Assembly: GCF_964204645.1 (NCBI RefSeq)
Contig: NC_134026.1
Coordinates: forward strand, 13,080,050 to 13,144,049
Source of the DNA: Tubulanus polymorphus
Lineage: Eukaryota; Animalia; Nemertea
Direction: 5' to 3'
DNA: 64,000 nt
Part shown: in pieces, positions 39,649 through 50,961 of the stretch
How the letters are laid out: each line of letters starts with the position of its first letter
Position numbering within the stretch: position 1 is the first letter of the stretch
Notes under the pieces: generated by a model
The model's database searches: none
The model's input: only the letters and a program-made list of their open reading frames with translations
What the model was told of the DNA's origin: nothing
Program-made: the position numbers and the translations under genes

Positions 39649-41106
39649 TTATTTATTTTTTATTATTTTTTCTTGATATCTTTTTGATATCATATTCACT
39701 AACCCAAAAATAATAGCACTTACAACTGTAATTAAAAATAAAATAATATGTTCAGCAGCAAAGTTAATAATGTTTCCTGCAGATTTCAATATAAAACCAA
39801 CAATTGATGCAATAACTCCGGGCAATGCTGCAGCAGATTTTTTAGATATTTGCCATAAATATTTTGCAAATTTCTTTAAACCATCCTTAACTTTATCTTG
39901 TATAGAATTATTATCATTCGGGGATTTATCCGGTTTATTGGGAGTAGGAGTAGATAACAAAGAATTTGATATTGCTAAACCAATTGTTGTAAATAACATA
40001 GTTACAGCTGTTAGAATTGAAAGAATTGTGATTCCTTCTAATTTACATAATAATTTTATTCTATCTTTCAATGATATTTCAGAATTTGGTTTTATCAACA
40101 AATCTTTAAAAATAACTTTTAATCTATTAATATTATAATCATATGATTTTAATAATGATTTAATTTCTTCTTTTTGTAATTCTAAACTATCTTTTAAATT
40201 ATTAATTTCTTTTTCTAAACGTAATTCTTTTTGCCTATATTCCATTTCATCAATTACTTGACGATCAAGATCAGACTTTAATTGTTCTATTTCTTTATTT
40301 TTATCGGTTAATTCATTTTTCTAAAGTTCTAATTTTAATATCTCTTATACTTTTATTATGTGCAATTTTATCAGCTTCATTTCTTATACTAATAATTTCT
40401 CTAATTGCTTCATCAGAAAATATATTTAAATCTTCTAATTGTTGATCTGTTGCATCAATTAATCCATTCGGTAAAAGTTTTTCAATTGGAACCTTATTTG
40501 ATTCAAGTTTACTAGTTTTGGAAGTTATATTCTGTTCAGAAGTAGTTTCTGTTTCTGTTTTCTTTTTGATTATTTCAAATAATTCATTCTTTGTTTAAAT
40601 ACGTCTATATCATTATCAGTTAATTCTTGTTTTATAACATCAGTTATTACATTACTATTACTAATTCTTTTAATTCTATCTGGATCTAAAATACTCAAAG
40701 TTGATTTTGTTAATATTTTATTTTTATTATTTTTATAAGTGATATCAATATAATAATCACCTTTCAAATGATAATACCATTTACCATTATTTAAAAATTT
40801 TAATTGATCTGCTAAAGGTCCAAAGTCTTCATCATTTATATTAAGTTTAGAATTTTCAATTAAATGTTCTAATTTAGGTATTTTGTTTAAATTATCTAAA
40901 CCTTGTTTTACTAAATCTGGGTCTAAATTTTCAGGATTTAATTGTGATTCTGCATTTTTAATATAATCAGGTATATTTAAATTATTATTATGTCCTGGCT
41001 CATTACTGTCATAAAAACTTTTTTCACTAAAATCAGATTGTTGTTCATCAGTTATGCCAGGTTCATCAAAATTATCCATTCCAATATCTTCACCTTCTAC
41101 ATCCAT
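39649..41106 (-). pseudogene. Coiled-coil plus multi-TM Polinton protein, split by frameshift
   Basis: ORFs 40570-41106 and 39649-40245 with coding-like linker; hydrophobic GITILSILTAVTMLFTTIGLAI and C-terminal helices. Confidence 0.65.
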
Positions 41107-41128
41107 TTATATAATAAAAAAATTAAAA

Positions 41129-42400
41129 TTAAAAATATAATATTCCTCCTATAACAATTCCTATACAAGTTAAAGCTAATTTAGTATTTTCATGGAATTT
41201 ATTATCATTATCAGTTTTAATTATTTCATGTTGAATATTATCAGTTTCAATATTTTCTGATGTATTATAATCCGGTTTAGAATCATTATTTAATTTAATA
41301 TTCTTAGTTTTAGTTTCTGTTGATTGAATGATATTAAATGAAAAAAAAATTAATCCAAATGAATTATTTATTGTTGCAGTTTTAATTAGATTATTATAAC
41401 CAATTCTAATTCCCATCTTTAATACTAAATCATTAGAAATAATTAATAGATTAGGGCCTATACAATAATTTAGTCTTACATGAGATTTATCTAAATAATT
41501 TTGATATCTTACAATGTTTTCTAGAATAGATCTATTTTTATCATTATGAATTGAATCTTCAAATAATACTTTGAACTGTTTCTGCGCATCGAATGAAGTG
41601 TTATCATTTCCAACTATTGGTGATCTTGTTTCAACTTGCGCACCTAAAATACATATCAAATAAGTTCTAATAGATTGATTTATTCTTTGTACACCTGATT
41701 TTGTAAAACCTTCACTATTTTCTAAAATGAAATTAACCCAACCATAATTGTTTTGTTGTTGTATATTATTATAATATTTTGGTAATTCATTCCAATTTAG
41801 TGTTCTTATATCTGAATTTGTTATTATTTTTCCAAATTCTTTAGTATATAATATTCCTAATCCGCCCATTGTACCAATTTTTGCTCTAAAATCTTTATTT
41901 GAATTAATATTAAATTCATTACATATTTTATAAAACTTAGAAAAATTAATATTATTATTCAATTCTTTAAAATATTTTGAACCTGGAAAAGGACATTCTA
42001 ATTCATCTAATATTAATTTGATTTGAAAGTATGTATGAAATCTAAAAAGTGATAACATCAATGGTAAACTTGGTTTATTCAAATGATCATTCGAACTTAT
42101 TCCACATCCTGTTGTTGCGCAATAAACAGCAAAATTTAATTGGTTCTGCCAATACTTCATATTAGATTTTAATAACCATTGTTTTGCCTCATTTAAATTT
42201 TTAAAATTAATTGTATACACATGAAATATATTTTCCATCTTAACATGAAAATTATTACTTTCAGTAACATAAATAAATAAATCAATTAATGAATTTAAAA
42301 CTTCATTTCTATATGTAATATCTTTATTAAAATCTATTGCTGGAATATTATATTTAATTGATTTATTATATTGGAAAGCTTTTGGAAAACTATCTACCAT
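41129..42400 (-). CDS. 423-aa Polinton protein with C-terminal membrane anchor, unknown function
   Basis: Intact ORF, WQNQLNFAVYCATTGCGIS motif, TAAATG start. Confidence 0.8.
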   Translation of the reverse strand: MVDSFPKAFQYNKSIKYNIPAIDFNKDITYRNEVLNSLIDLFIYVTESNNFHVKMENIFHVYTINFKNLNEAKQWLLKSNMKYWQNQLNFAVYCATTGCGISSNDHLNKPSLPLMLSLFRFHTYFQIKLILDELECPFPGSKYFKELNNNINFSKFYKICNEFNINSNKDFRAKIGTMGGLGILYTKEFGKIITNSDIRTLNWNELPKYYNNIQQQNNYGWVNFILENSEGFTKSGVQRINQSIRTYLICILGAQVETRSPIVGNDNTSFDAQKQFKVLFEDSIHNDKNRSILENIVRYQNYLDKSHVRLNYCIGPNLLIISNDLVLKMGIRIGYNNLIKTATINNSFGLIFFSFNIIQSTETKTKNIKLNNDSKPDYNTSENIETDNIQHEIIKTDNDNKFHENTKLALTCIGIVIGGILYF

Positions 42401-42416
42401 TTATATAATAAAAAAA

Positions 42417-42836
42417 TTAATAATCTATTAATTCTTTTAATAATTTATCTTGTTCTTCAACTGTTATACGGCCATTTAAACTTATTATATAATCTAGTGT
42501 ATTCTTTAATTTATTAATTTCTTTTATATTAGTTTTAATTTTTTCTTTATTACTTTTTATATTTAATTTTGAACTTATACCGGTTAATACACTTGATGAT
42601 AATCCTAATACGCCAATTGATATAGCTAAAGGTGTTAATGGACTGAATATTGCTAGAAATGTTATTACATAACTAATTGTAACCGAACCACTTATAATCA
42701 AATAATATATAATTTTAGATTTTAAATATTATTTCTTTTTAACTTTTAAATCATTTTCAAATTCTAAATATATTGTTAATTTAGCTTTATTTATATCATG
42801 AGGAATGATATCAATATTATCAACTTTATCTTCCAT
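42417..42836 (-). pseudogene. Small membrane protein (probably frameshifted; real start ATG at 42836)
   Basis: ORF 42417-42701 is hydrophobic; upstream TAAATG start at 42836. Confidence 0.6.
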
Positions 42837-42855
42837 TTATTTAGCAAAAAAATTA

Positions 42856-43278
42856 CTAATTAGTAAATTTATAAGCAACAAATATAACAATAACTGTTCC
42901 GCCTAAAATCCAAATTATTTCATATTTCTGTTGTTCTTTACTTGGGGTATAATAATCTGATAATTTAGGTTTGTATAGATGTAATTTTTCTTTATTGGTT
43001 ACTGCGTTATATAAACTCATTGCATCATCAACTGATTGAAAATCTATATGTGAAATTTTCTGATCATATAATTCCTTGTTAATATAATCCATATAGTTTT
43101 GTCTTTTTTCTCTATATCCTTCTGCTGCTTTATTGTATTTCTCTAATGCTAAGTTATGTCTTTTTTGTTCTGTTAATGATCGATTTTTATCAATATGCTT
43201 AAATAAATAACCGCCGCCTGTATATGCTAAAGCGTTAACAATTGCCGATCCTATAATAGTTATAACTGCAGAAGCCAT
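42856..43278 (-). CDS. 140-aa protein with N- and C-terminal hydrophobic helices flanking a coiled coil
   Basis: Intact ORF MASAVITIIGSAIVNALAYTGG...EQKRHNLALEK; TAAATG start. Confidence 0.75.
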   Translation of the reverse strand: MASAVITIIGSAIVNALAYTGGGYLFKHIDKNRSLTEQKRHNLALEKYNKAAEGYREKRQNYMDYINKELYDQKISHIDFQSVDDAMSLYNAVTNKEKLHLYKPKLSDYYTPSKEQQKYEIIWILGGTVIVIFVAYKFTN

Positions 43279-43520
43279 TTATTTAGCAAAATAATTATGT
43301 ATATGGGAGGAATATATTTTTGTTTTTCTAAATAATCAATTGTTAAATTAGATAAAGTTACTGCTAATGTTAATTTTAAAATATCATTTATATCAAATCT
43401 ATCAACATTAACACTTCCCCTTTTGAATACTTTTTTTAATACCATTGAATAACCAACCGTTCCAACTGATAGCAATGCTCCATTATATAATCCAGTTTTT
43501 ATCCACTTATTATCACTCAT
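43260..43520 (-). CDS. Small hydrophobic Polinton protein
   Basis: 86-aa ORF, TAAATG start. Confidence 0.65.
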   Translation of the reverse strand: MSDNKWIKTGLYNGALLSVGTVGYSMVLKKVFKRGSVNVDRFDINDILKLTLAVTLSNLTIDYLEKQKYIPPIYIIILLNKWLLQL

Positions 43521-43529
43521 TTATTTATC

Positions 43530-44640
43530 AACCAGAAATTAACTTTAAAATGTAGAATTTCTGGGATAAGCTAATGTGGAATCGAAGTTTTAAGAAATTT
43601 GGGGAATTATGAGACTTGGCGATTGGGTAGATGATACAGTCTTCGACTGGTCTAATTTAAAAAAAAATTGTCAACTTGTGACCGACTTCGATTTACTTTT
43701 GCCTCTAAGCTGGTCTGCAACTTCATTGCCTCCATGGTTGAAGAAAGAGCTCTTCTGATGTCTGCTTCATCATGACTTCGAGCATATCGTGTAGCCAGCC
43801 GGCCCGGTCACGGGGCCCGGTTTGGCTGTCACTCGATATCCTAGACTTGAGTCTGTGTTGAAGTAGACATTGTCATTTAAAGAACTTATTAATGTTATTC
43901 TGTATGAATTACCCGTGTGTCTTGTATTTTGTATTTTCTTAGTTTAAAATTTGTAACTTAATTGAATTTGGGAATTTTATCCCGGAATTTCAATGTAATA
44001 AGGATCAATAAAGTATTGAATTGAATTGTCACCTTATACACATGCCATCAGTGGACGCGGAGCCGTATATGACAGCTATGCTATTATAAATTGCTAATCT
44101 CATGAAACCTGCATACCCCTAATGTCAAACATATTTTCTAAAACATTTGAATATTGAAATTATATGTTAACACGTTTTTATATAGACCGCTTGTAGCCGC
44201 CGATGAAATTCACGCCGGCCCAACTCAGATCGTAGATAGCTTCGTCATTCCACCAGCATCCCCATGACAGGGTCTGACTTTTATATCAGACTTCCAAATC
44301 GTGTATACATCCGCCATTTAACCGAATAATCTGATTTACTTATCATTTCTATTTATGCCTGCCGCTCCTGATATAATCATGCATCATTTACTATTACAAT
44401 ACGTCTTCTCATGATATTCAATGCAATATAACATTCCGACGTTCAAATAGAGGTCATTATATAATCACAGGGAGCCATTCTACATCTTTATCAATAATAT
44501 TTTGCCTAATGGCTTGTATGTGTACACATAAACCTGTGACGTTTTGCACATCGATTTGCGGTTGTCGTTTGTAAAATGACGCTGAATGGTTAGCATTGTT
44601 AAGGTTTCATTATGGTAACGTTTTATAAGGCGTCAAAAAA
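43530..44640 (+). mobile_element. Non-autonomous Helentron-like insertion, copy A, inside the Polinton
   Basis: Higher-GC 1.1-kb block homologous (inverted) to 51451-52591; AAC(A/C)AG 5' end, AGGCGTCAAAAA 3' end; inserted in an A-run. Confidence 0.75.
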
Positions 44641-44645
44641 AATTA

Positions 44646-44960
44646 CTATCTTCAAAATATTTAGTTAACTTATTTATGATTAAATCAACATTTATTTCAT
44701 TACTACTTTTATGATTATCATATATTTTGGTTTATATGTTTTTAATATCATCAATAATTCCATCTTCATTTAATTCATAATATTCTAAAGATTAAATCCA
44801 TTAATTTTTCTATATTACAATTTTCTTTATTAATCATTGATGCATTGTTAAATGATTTACTTTTTATATCAGTAATTACATCATTTAGTTTAATTCTCAT
44901 TTCTTTACCATGTTTAAAATCAAACCCAAAACATATACTCGGCCCAACAGTTATATTCAT
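44646..44960 (-). pseudogene. Small Polinton hypothetical gene
   Basis: ORF 44775-44960 with canonical T-tract/TAAATG start; coding-like sequence continues past the stop. Confidence 0.5.
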
Positions 44961-44977
44961 TTATATAGTGAAAAAAA

Positions 44978-45735
44978 TTACTCTCTACATCTTATAACTA
45001 ATTCATAAATTACAGGGAAATTATTTAAATCAATTAAGTATCCATTGTGATTTCTAATTTCTAATTTAAAATTATTAAATTTAGGAATGCATGGTTTGAA
45101 ATCACATTCTGTTAAATTATAATTTATTTGCGTTCCAAATTCTTTAACATTCTTCAATGGTAAACTGTTTAGTAAACCAGAATTACAAGTTATATCTTTA
45201 GTTGCTTCGAATGTTTTTGTATGATCGATTAAATTGAAATAAATATAAAAGTGTGTAAAAGGTATTAAGTTTGGTGTAGCATCAATATTTGTAAAAGATT
45301 TATCTGGAGGAATTCCTAACAGTTTAGCTATAGGTTTTTTACCATAAATGCATGTTTTTCAATATCAGACAACCTTATCTTTATTTTGTTAGAACTCTCA
45401 CCTTTAAAAAATCTAATATTAAACCCGGAATTATTACCTGACTTGTGCCAGGCTTTTCTATTAATTTCTTGTGCCAATGTATCTAAATTATAAAACCCCG
45501 GTTTTAAATATATATAGGCCCATTCATTTTTGTTTTTATTAAAAATTAAAAAGGCTCTATGTTCAACAGTTTTATCCGTTATATTATAAAAAGAATAACA
45601 TAAACTTATATTTACTAATCTTAAATCTACACAATTTTTATATTCCCAATCTAATTGAACTAGTAAATTATGAGATTTAGAATTTGTAAGTCTTCTAGAA
45701 TCAACAAATATTCTGTATTCTTTTAATTCACCCAT
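44978..45735 (-). pseudogene. Putative minor capsid (penton, single jelly roll) protein, frameshifted near 45330
   Basis: N-terminal IFVDSR..LVNISLCYSFYNI..PGFYN; C-terminal FKLEIRNHNGYLIDLNNFPVIYELVI, typical of Polinton/virophage pentons. Confidence 0.65.
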
Positions 45736-45803
45736 TATTTATAACATAAAAAAATTACCGCTCATCACTAAAAATTAATTTTAATAAAATTTTTCGTAAA
45801 TAA

Positions 45804-47000
45804 ATGGATGAGAAGATACCATGCGAAATTTGTGGTGAACTTCTAAGAAAAAGTAATATGGCTCGACATATGAAAAAACATGATGAAAATTATAAACCCC
45901 CTAAAATAAACTGCCCAAAATGTAATAAATTATTCTCAAGAAATTATGTTAAAAAACATTCAGAGAAGTGTAAAATTAATGGCGCAACGGCTAATGTTGA
46001 TAGTAACGAAAGTAATAGTAATTCTGTTGAAGTTAAACCTGAAATTATTTGGAAAAGACCTTTCTTATTCTATGACAAGGATAATATAAAAGATCATATC
46101 TGCGAGCCTTGTCGAAAAAAATATAACCCTGAAAATATAGAAGATTGGGAGAATCATCAATTCCGTAAAGTACATATAGATAAAATTTCTAATAAATTTG
46201 AAGCAGAATTCAATGAAAGAAAAAATAGTTTATTAGAAAAAATAAAATATGAGAAAACGTAACCAGATAATAAAGAAACAGTTGAAAAGTTAGAAAAACA
46301 ATATAATGAATTAACAAGAAAAACATATCATTGTAAATATTGTAAATTGATTATTACAACAAGTAATTCAAATCTGAATAATAGAACAATAAAACATAAA
46401 GAAAACGTAAGAAAATACCAGGAGCTTAATGAAGATCTATTACCAATAAATTATAAACAAAAATGCCCACAATGTAATTATGCGACCTTAAGGCAAGAAG
46501 GTACTGTGTTATTTTGTAATGAATGTGGATGGCAAATAAATTTATGGGGTGAAGAAAAAACTAGAGATTTTCTCATAGAACCAAAATTAAATTATCTAGA
46601 TGAAATTTTTAAAATATTTCCTGTAGAAGATCATACACCAGAATATATGCAATGGCTTGAAAAAATGAAAATGATAGAAAATAAAAATGGTGAAATAACT
46701 AAAAAAGATATTATAAAAACAAATATTCCATCAACATTGAACACAAAACAAAAGAAAATGTATTTATATTTATTATTTAACGATTATTATGAAAAACCTA
46801 AATCAACAGAAGAAGATATGGAAAATATAAAAAAAAACATTCAAACAAATATTAATGTATCATTTGGAAAATAGAATAACAGATTCAATTAATTATGAAT
46901 TCTTTTTAAATAAGATTGTAAATTATCTAAACATCGATATTATAATTCCATTTGACGAATTAACAAACAAAAAGAAACAAAGAGAGCGAGATGAAATGTG
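45804..47000 (+). pseudogene. C2H2 zinc-finger array fused to a VLTF3/A2-like late transcription factor domain; one stop, one frameshift, C-terminus cut by hAT insertion
   Basis: ORFs 45804-46262 and 46347-46874 are in the same frame; Zn ribbon CPQC-x14-CNEC; after removing one A in the run at ~46830: TFKQILMYHLENRITDSINYEFFLNKIV. Confidence 0.7.
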
Positions 47001-50000
47001 CAGGGTTCAAAGCTTCCATGACCTATCTGATTCAATGACTTTCCATGACCTTTTCAATCCCAATTCAATGACCTCTCCAACCCTAATTTCATATCTGAAA
47101 CCCCGAGGAATGACCATGAAACGACAAACTTAACTATAAAAGAACAAACGTTAAAAAGACAAATTATTAATTTGTTAGAATATTAATTTTATTTCATAAT
47201 TATATACTCATATACTTCATGGTGCAGACAAATGATTAATCTTTTATTTACATAAACCTAAACCGGTAAAGCATTGATATATCAAAGTAACATCTTAAAG
47301 TCCTTTTAGTGCTTCTTGTTTTTTATCAATAAGTTCTGAAATGTCATTAATTTCTGCACGTTTATCATTGGCCGATTTGCGGAATGACACTGATTTCGTA
47401 ATCAGTGGACGAACATCTTTTAAAGCTGTTGCCTGTTCTGCTTGCTCAATAAACTTATTTGCGGAGGTGGTGAGCGACTCGATGTCAATTTCAAGCAATT
47501 TCTTTTTTCGTTTTAATTTCTCCAATTCTTCACATTCGGCTTTACGCTTAATACCCCTAGCACTTTTTTCTGAATCAGCCTTACATTTCTCCAGATAGGC
47601 CTTGTACTTCGAATATGCCTGAGATGCGGAAAGAAGTAACTCCTTGGTAATTTGTACTTTCAGCACACCACCTACGGATCGAATGTGGTCTACAATCATT
47701 CTTTGAGCTTCATACGATTCATTAGCTAGGTTTTCAACCTCGATCTGCTTATTTACCGAAAACCCTCTCTCTACAGAAGCCTGCCCATGAGATAATAACA
47801 GCAGGTTGCTTATAACTGACCATAATTTATCAAATGATGAATTGCATTGCATATGTTTATGATAGAAAGTATCTAATCTATCTGTTTTTTTGTTGAAGCT
47901 CACAAAATCCGATTTAGTTTTTACGACTACGCTATTGATGAATTCGTCCATTTGGTTTAACACGGTATCACAATCCGAATCATCTATATGATTCGAGCTC
48001 GACAATGAACTTATTATTCTCTGGAACTGAGCGCGACTTTGGTCACAATTAGCGGCAAGCTCGTTCGGATTTAAACATACCATATTTCTAACCAAAGAAT
48101 ATTGGATCGGCGCTTTGGCTATTATTTTATCCACTAAACTGATAAGAAATTTTCGAGTGTTCATTCTCAGATCGAGAAACTGGCGCTGACTTGCTTTTCC
48201 AACTGCAATAAGTTCCTTAACTTTTGCCTCCGCGATAAATCCGATGTCGATTTTAGAATGAACGCAATAATTCGATTCCTTTTTTGTATCTATCTTGATC
48301 AACTTAGTGAGAGTATCTGCTTCCCGAATTATATCACTTTTGATGAATCGCTTCATCAGTAATCGGAGAACATTATGTATGTCTTCCGCCAAAAATGGCA
48401 GCATTGGCCTGTCCGTCTGGTAGATGGTTAAGAACGGTGTAACTGTTTTTGCAATAGATACATACGCACGCAGTCTCGGCAATACCATATCAGATGACGC
48501 TAAGTCTTTTATGTATAAATATGGTTTCGATGTCGGTATGTTAGCCTTTTTCAAAGTTTGAACGTGCTCCACAAATTTTATGATATACGGCCATAGTTCA
48601 ATCGCACGTTCTGCAGCTGGCAGGTTATCCAGCCATCTAAAACAAAAATAGAAATGTTGAGTTTAACTGCTAACATACGGCAAGGAGATAAAACAATAAT
48701 TGATAACCAGGGTAATTTGGATTGCCTAATTAAGTACATGTATTTTAATAACAACTAAAATCCAATTCACTTACCTAGTAGAGCAAAATTTATATGGAAA
48801 CTTCTGACTACCAGTGACCTCAGTAAACATTTCTCTTCTGACAGGAGCATCTTTGAACAAATAACGCAGGTTGATAAGAAGTGACTCCAAATCCCAGTCA
48901 GTAGCATGGTCGCCGGCTTTAAAGGCATTATGCATGACATGTAAGCCACAGCTGCCTATGTTCAGAATAGACTTTCGAGTATTACACATACTTGAAATTT
49001 CTTGTTGCAACAATTCATAAAATTTCCAATTCACATTTGGACCATCCATGGACAGTTGATAAAGATTGGAGTAATTGAGATCTCCAAATGTGTCCATAAA
49101 TGAATGCAGCATATCGTCTGCAGTCGCTCGTCCAATGAAGTCTGAACCGTAATACGAAGACCTTACTACATCATGGTCCCAGAACCTAATTAACACATCC
49201 AACTGTTTAGTTTGCGTACGCTGATTCAATGATTCGTCGAATAGTAACACGTATTGTTGGTCTTTGATTTTCCGTCTCATCAGATCCTTTACATGTGGCA
49301 TAATACCAAAACGAACTAGATATGCTGCTTTCTGTTGACTAAGTGAAAACATCTCGGCTATTTGACTGTCTGGAAAGCATGCCTTAAGTATGTCATTCAT
49401 TCCAGAACAGGAATTGTAACTGTGGTGATTGTTTATCATATTCCAAGCATAAATTATCTCGGATTTCAGGACAGTATCTTTTGCAATATATGAGTCCATT
49501 ATTGGCCTGCAAAATAAAAATAATAATTGTAATAACTAACATAGTTGTAATAAATTCAATTGTAAAATATTAACAATTCTGTATATTAATGATTAACTTA
49601 CCTTGATGTTTGACGATTACTTGCTGTCAAAATACTGCTTGTTGTATTACTCGAAAACATGTTAGGAATACCTCTTGTTGAATTAGCCAAGGTCATCGAT
49701 GACACATGGAGTTTACTTTTAATGTGACTTTTCAAAGCAGCCTCTCCCATATTTGCGATGCTGAAGTTCCGAAGACATTTTATACATCTGGCTTCATATT
49801 CTGATTTTGTTTTTCCTATCCAAGGACTATAATCCTCATGATTAAGCCAGGAATCTTTAAATCTACACTTTGCGGGCATACTGAATATTTCTTTAAGGAC
49901 TGAACTCTGATGGATGTTTCCTCATGCAGATGCAATACATATCTAATGAAAGGCCCAGTTTTGCTAGGCCTATTATTTAGTTTCAGAGCTATTGTAAGAT

Positions 50001-50150
50001 TAATAATTAGGAAAAAATTTTGAATGAAATATTTAATAAATTAACCATGTGAAATGCATTGTTCTAACAGACCCAGTTTATGTCATTTAGAAATTAATCA
50101 CAGTTATATATGTTATAGGTAGGCATAAGTAGAGTCTGAACACTGAAACG
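47001..50150 (-). mobile_element. hAT-superfamily DNA transposon nested in the Polinton (one end not recognisable)
   Basis: Terminus CAGGGTTC at 47001 with subterminal (T)TCCATGAC / CAATGAC repeats; transposase gene; no matching TIR/TSD found near 50150. Confidence 0.8.
47295..49879 (-). CDS. hAT transposase, 3 exons (49879-49602, 49506-48775, 48636-47295), ~783 aa, apparently intact
   Basis: Two phase-2 GT-AG introns restore the frame; N-terminal Zn finger, LLFDES, SMDGPNVN, SCGLH, TRW, QASVERGFS motifs. Confidence 0.88.
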
Positions 50151-50158
50151 CTACTGAT

Positions 50159-50961
50159 TTAACTGCTAATTACCAATTTCATTACAATTGTTATTACTGG
50201 AGATCTCGTATATTTTTTCTGTCCATCTGCTGCGTAGAATCCAATGAAGAACCATTTTCTAAAATTATATTTTGCATTTAATACATAATCTGGTACTATC
50301 TTTTCTTTAGTTGAAGTATTACTTTTCACTATTGCATGAATATAGAATTCATCACTATATTTTATAGCAAAATCTTTAGGATTATTTACATGTATTCTAT
50401 AAACTGCTGATGATTTCATAACATCCATGATTCTAAATTTTTTATGTGAATAAACTTCTTCGCAGAATTTCTTAATTCTTTCTAATAATTTTAAGTCTTG
50501 ATTGCATAAAAACCAACAATATTTATTACCCCAAACATAATTATACACACCTGCTGAACCATCGCCCATGAAAAATCCTTTGATAAAATATTATAAATAT
50601 ATTATCAATAAATTTTTATAATTTCTATATTATAAATATTATCAATAATTTCATCGAATGACATATGATTCATTCAAATTTTGATGGTGTTTTTGTGATT
50701 CGAGATGTCTATTATAATTCCTTTTTACTATAAATTCATTACAAACTTCACATTTTATTTCATCCACATTCATATCATCTAATCGTTCTATTCTTTCATT
50801 TGTATTATCTAGTTTTCAAAATCTATTACATTTTTTATAAGATTTGCAGTTTTTTCATGTCGTGATTTTTGGGATTTATCGATGTATTTTTTACAATATT
50901 GGCAATAATATTGATTTTTATTAACATTATTATTTTCTGGCTGGTGTTCATTCTCCCCCAT
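50159..50961 (-). pseudogene. Zinc-finger region followed by a two-motif LAGLIDADG endonuclease domain, degraded and truncated
   Basis: Start MGENEHQP at 50961; CQYC..H and CEVC..RHLESQKH fingers; then FIKGFFMGDGS and FFIGFYAADG about 110 aa apart. Confidence 0.65.

Noticed and set aside
35628-47598. Plus-strand ORFs 35628-35903, 39770-40138 and 47341-47598
   Set aside because: Antisense shadows of real minus-strand genes, with no motif or promoter.
50136-50145. CTGAACACTG as the second hAT TIR
   Set aside because: Only a partial match to CAGGGTTCA, and it is not followed by the expected 8-bp TSD.
50159-50600. Intein inside a DNA polymerase gene
   Set aside because: No PolB motifs or Hint splicing residues are visible on either side; upstream sequence is zinc-finger-like.
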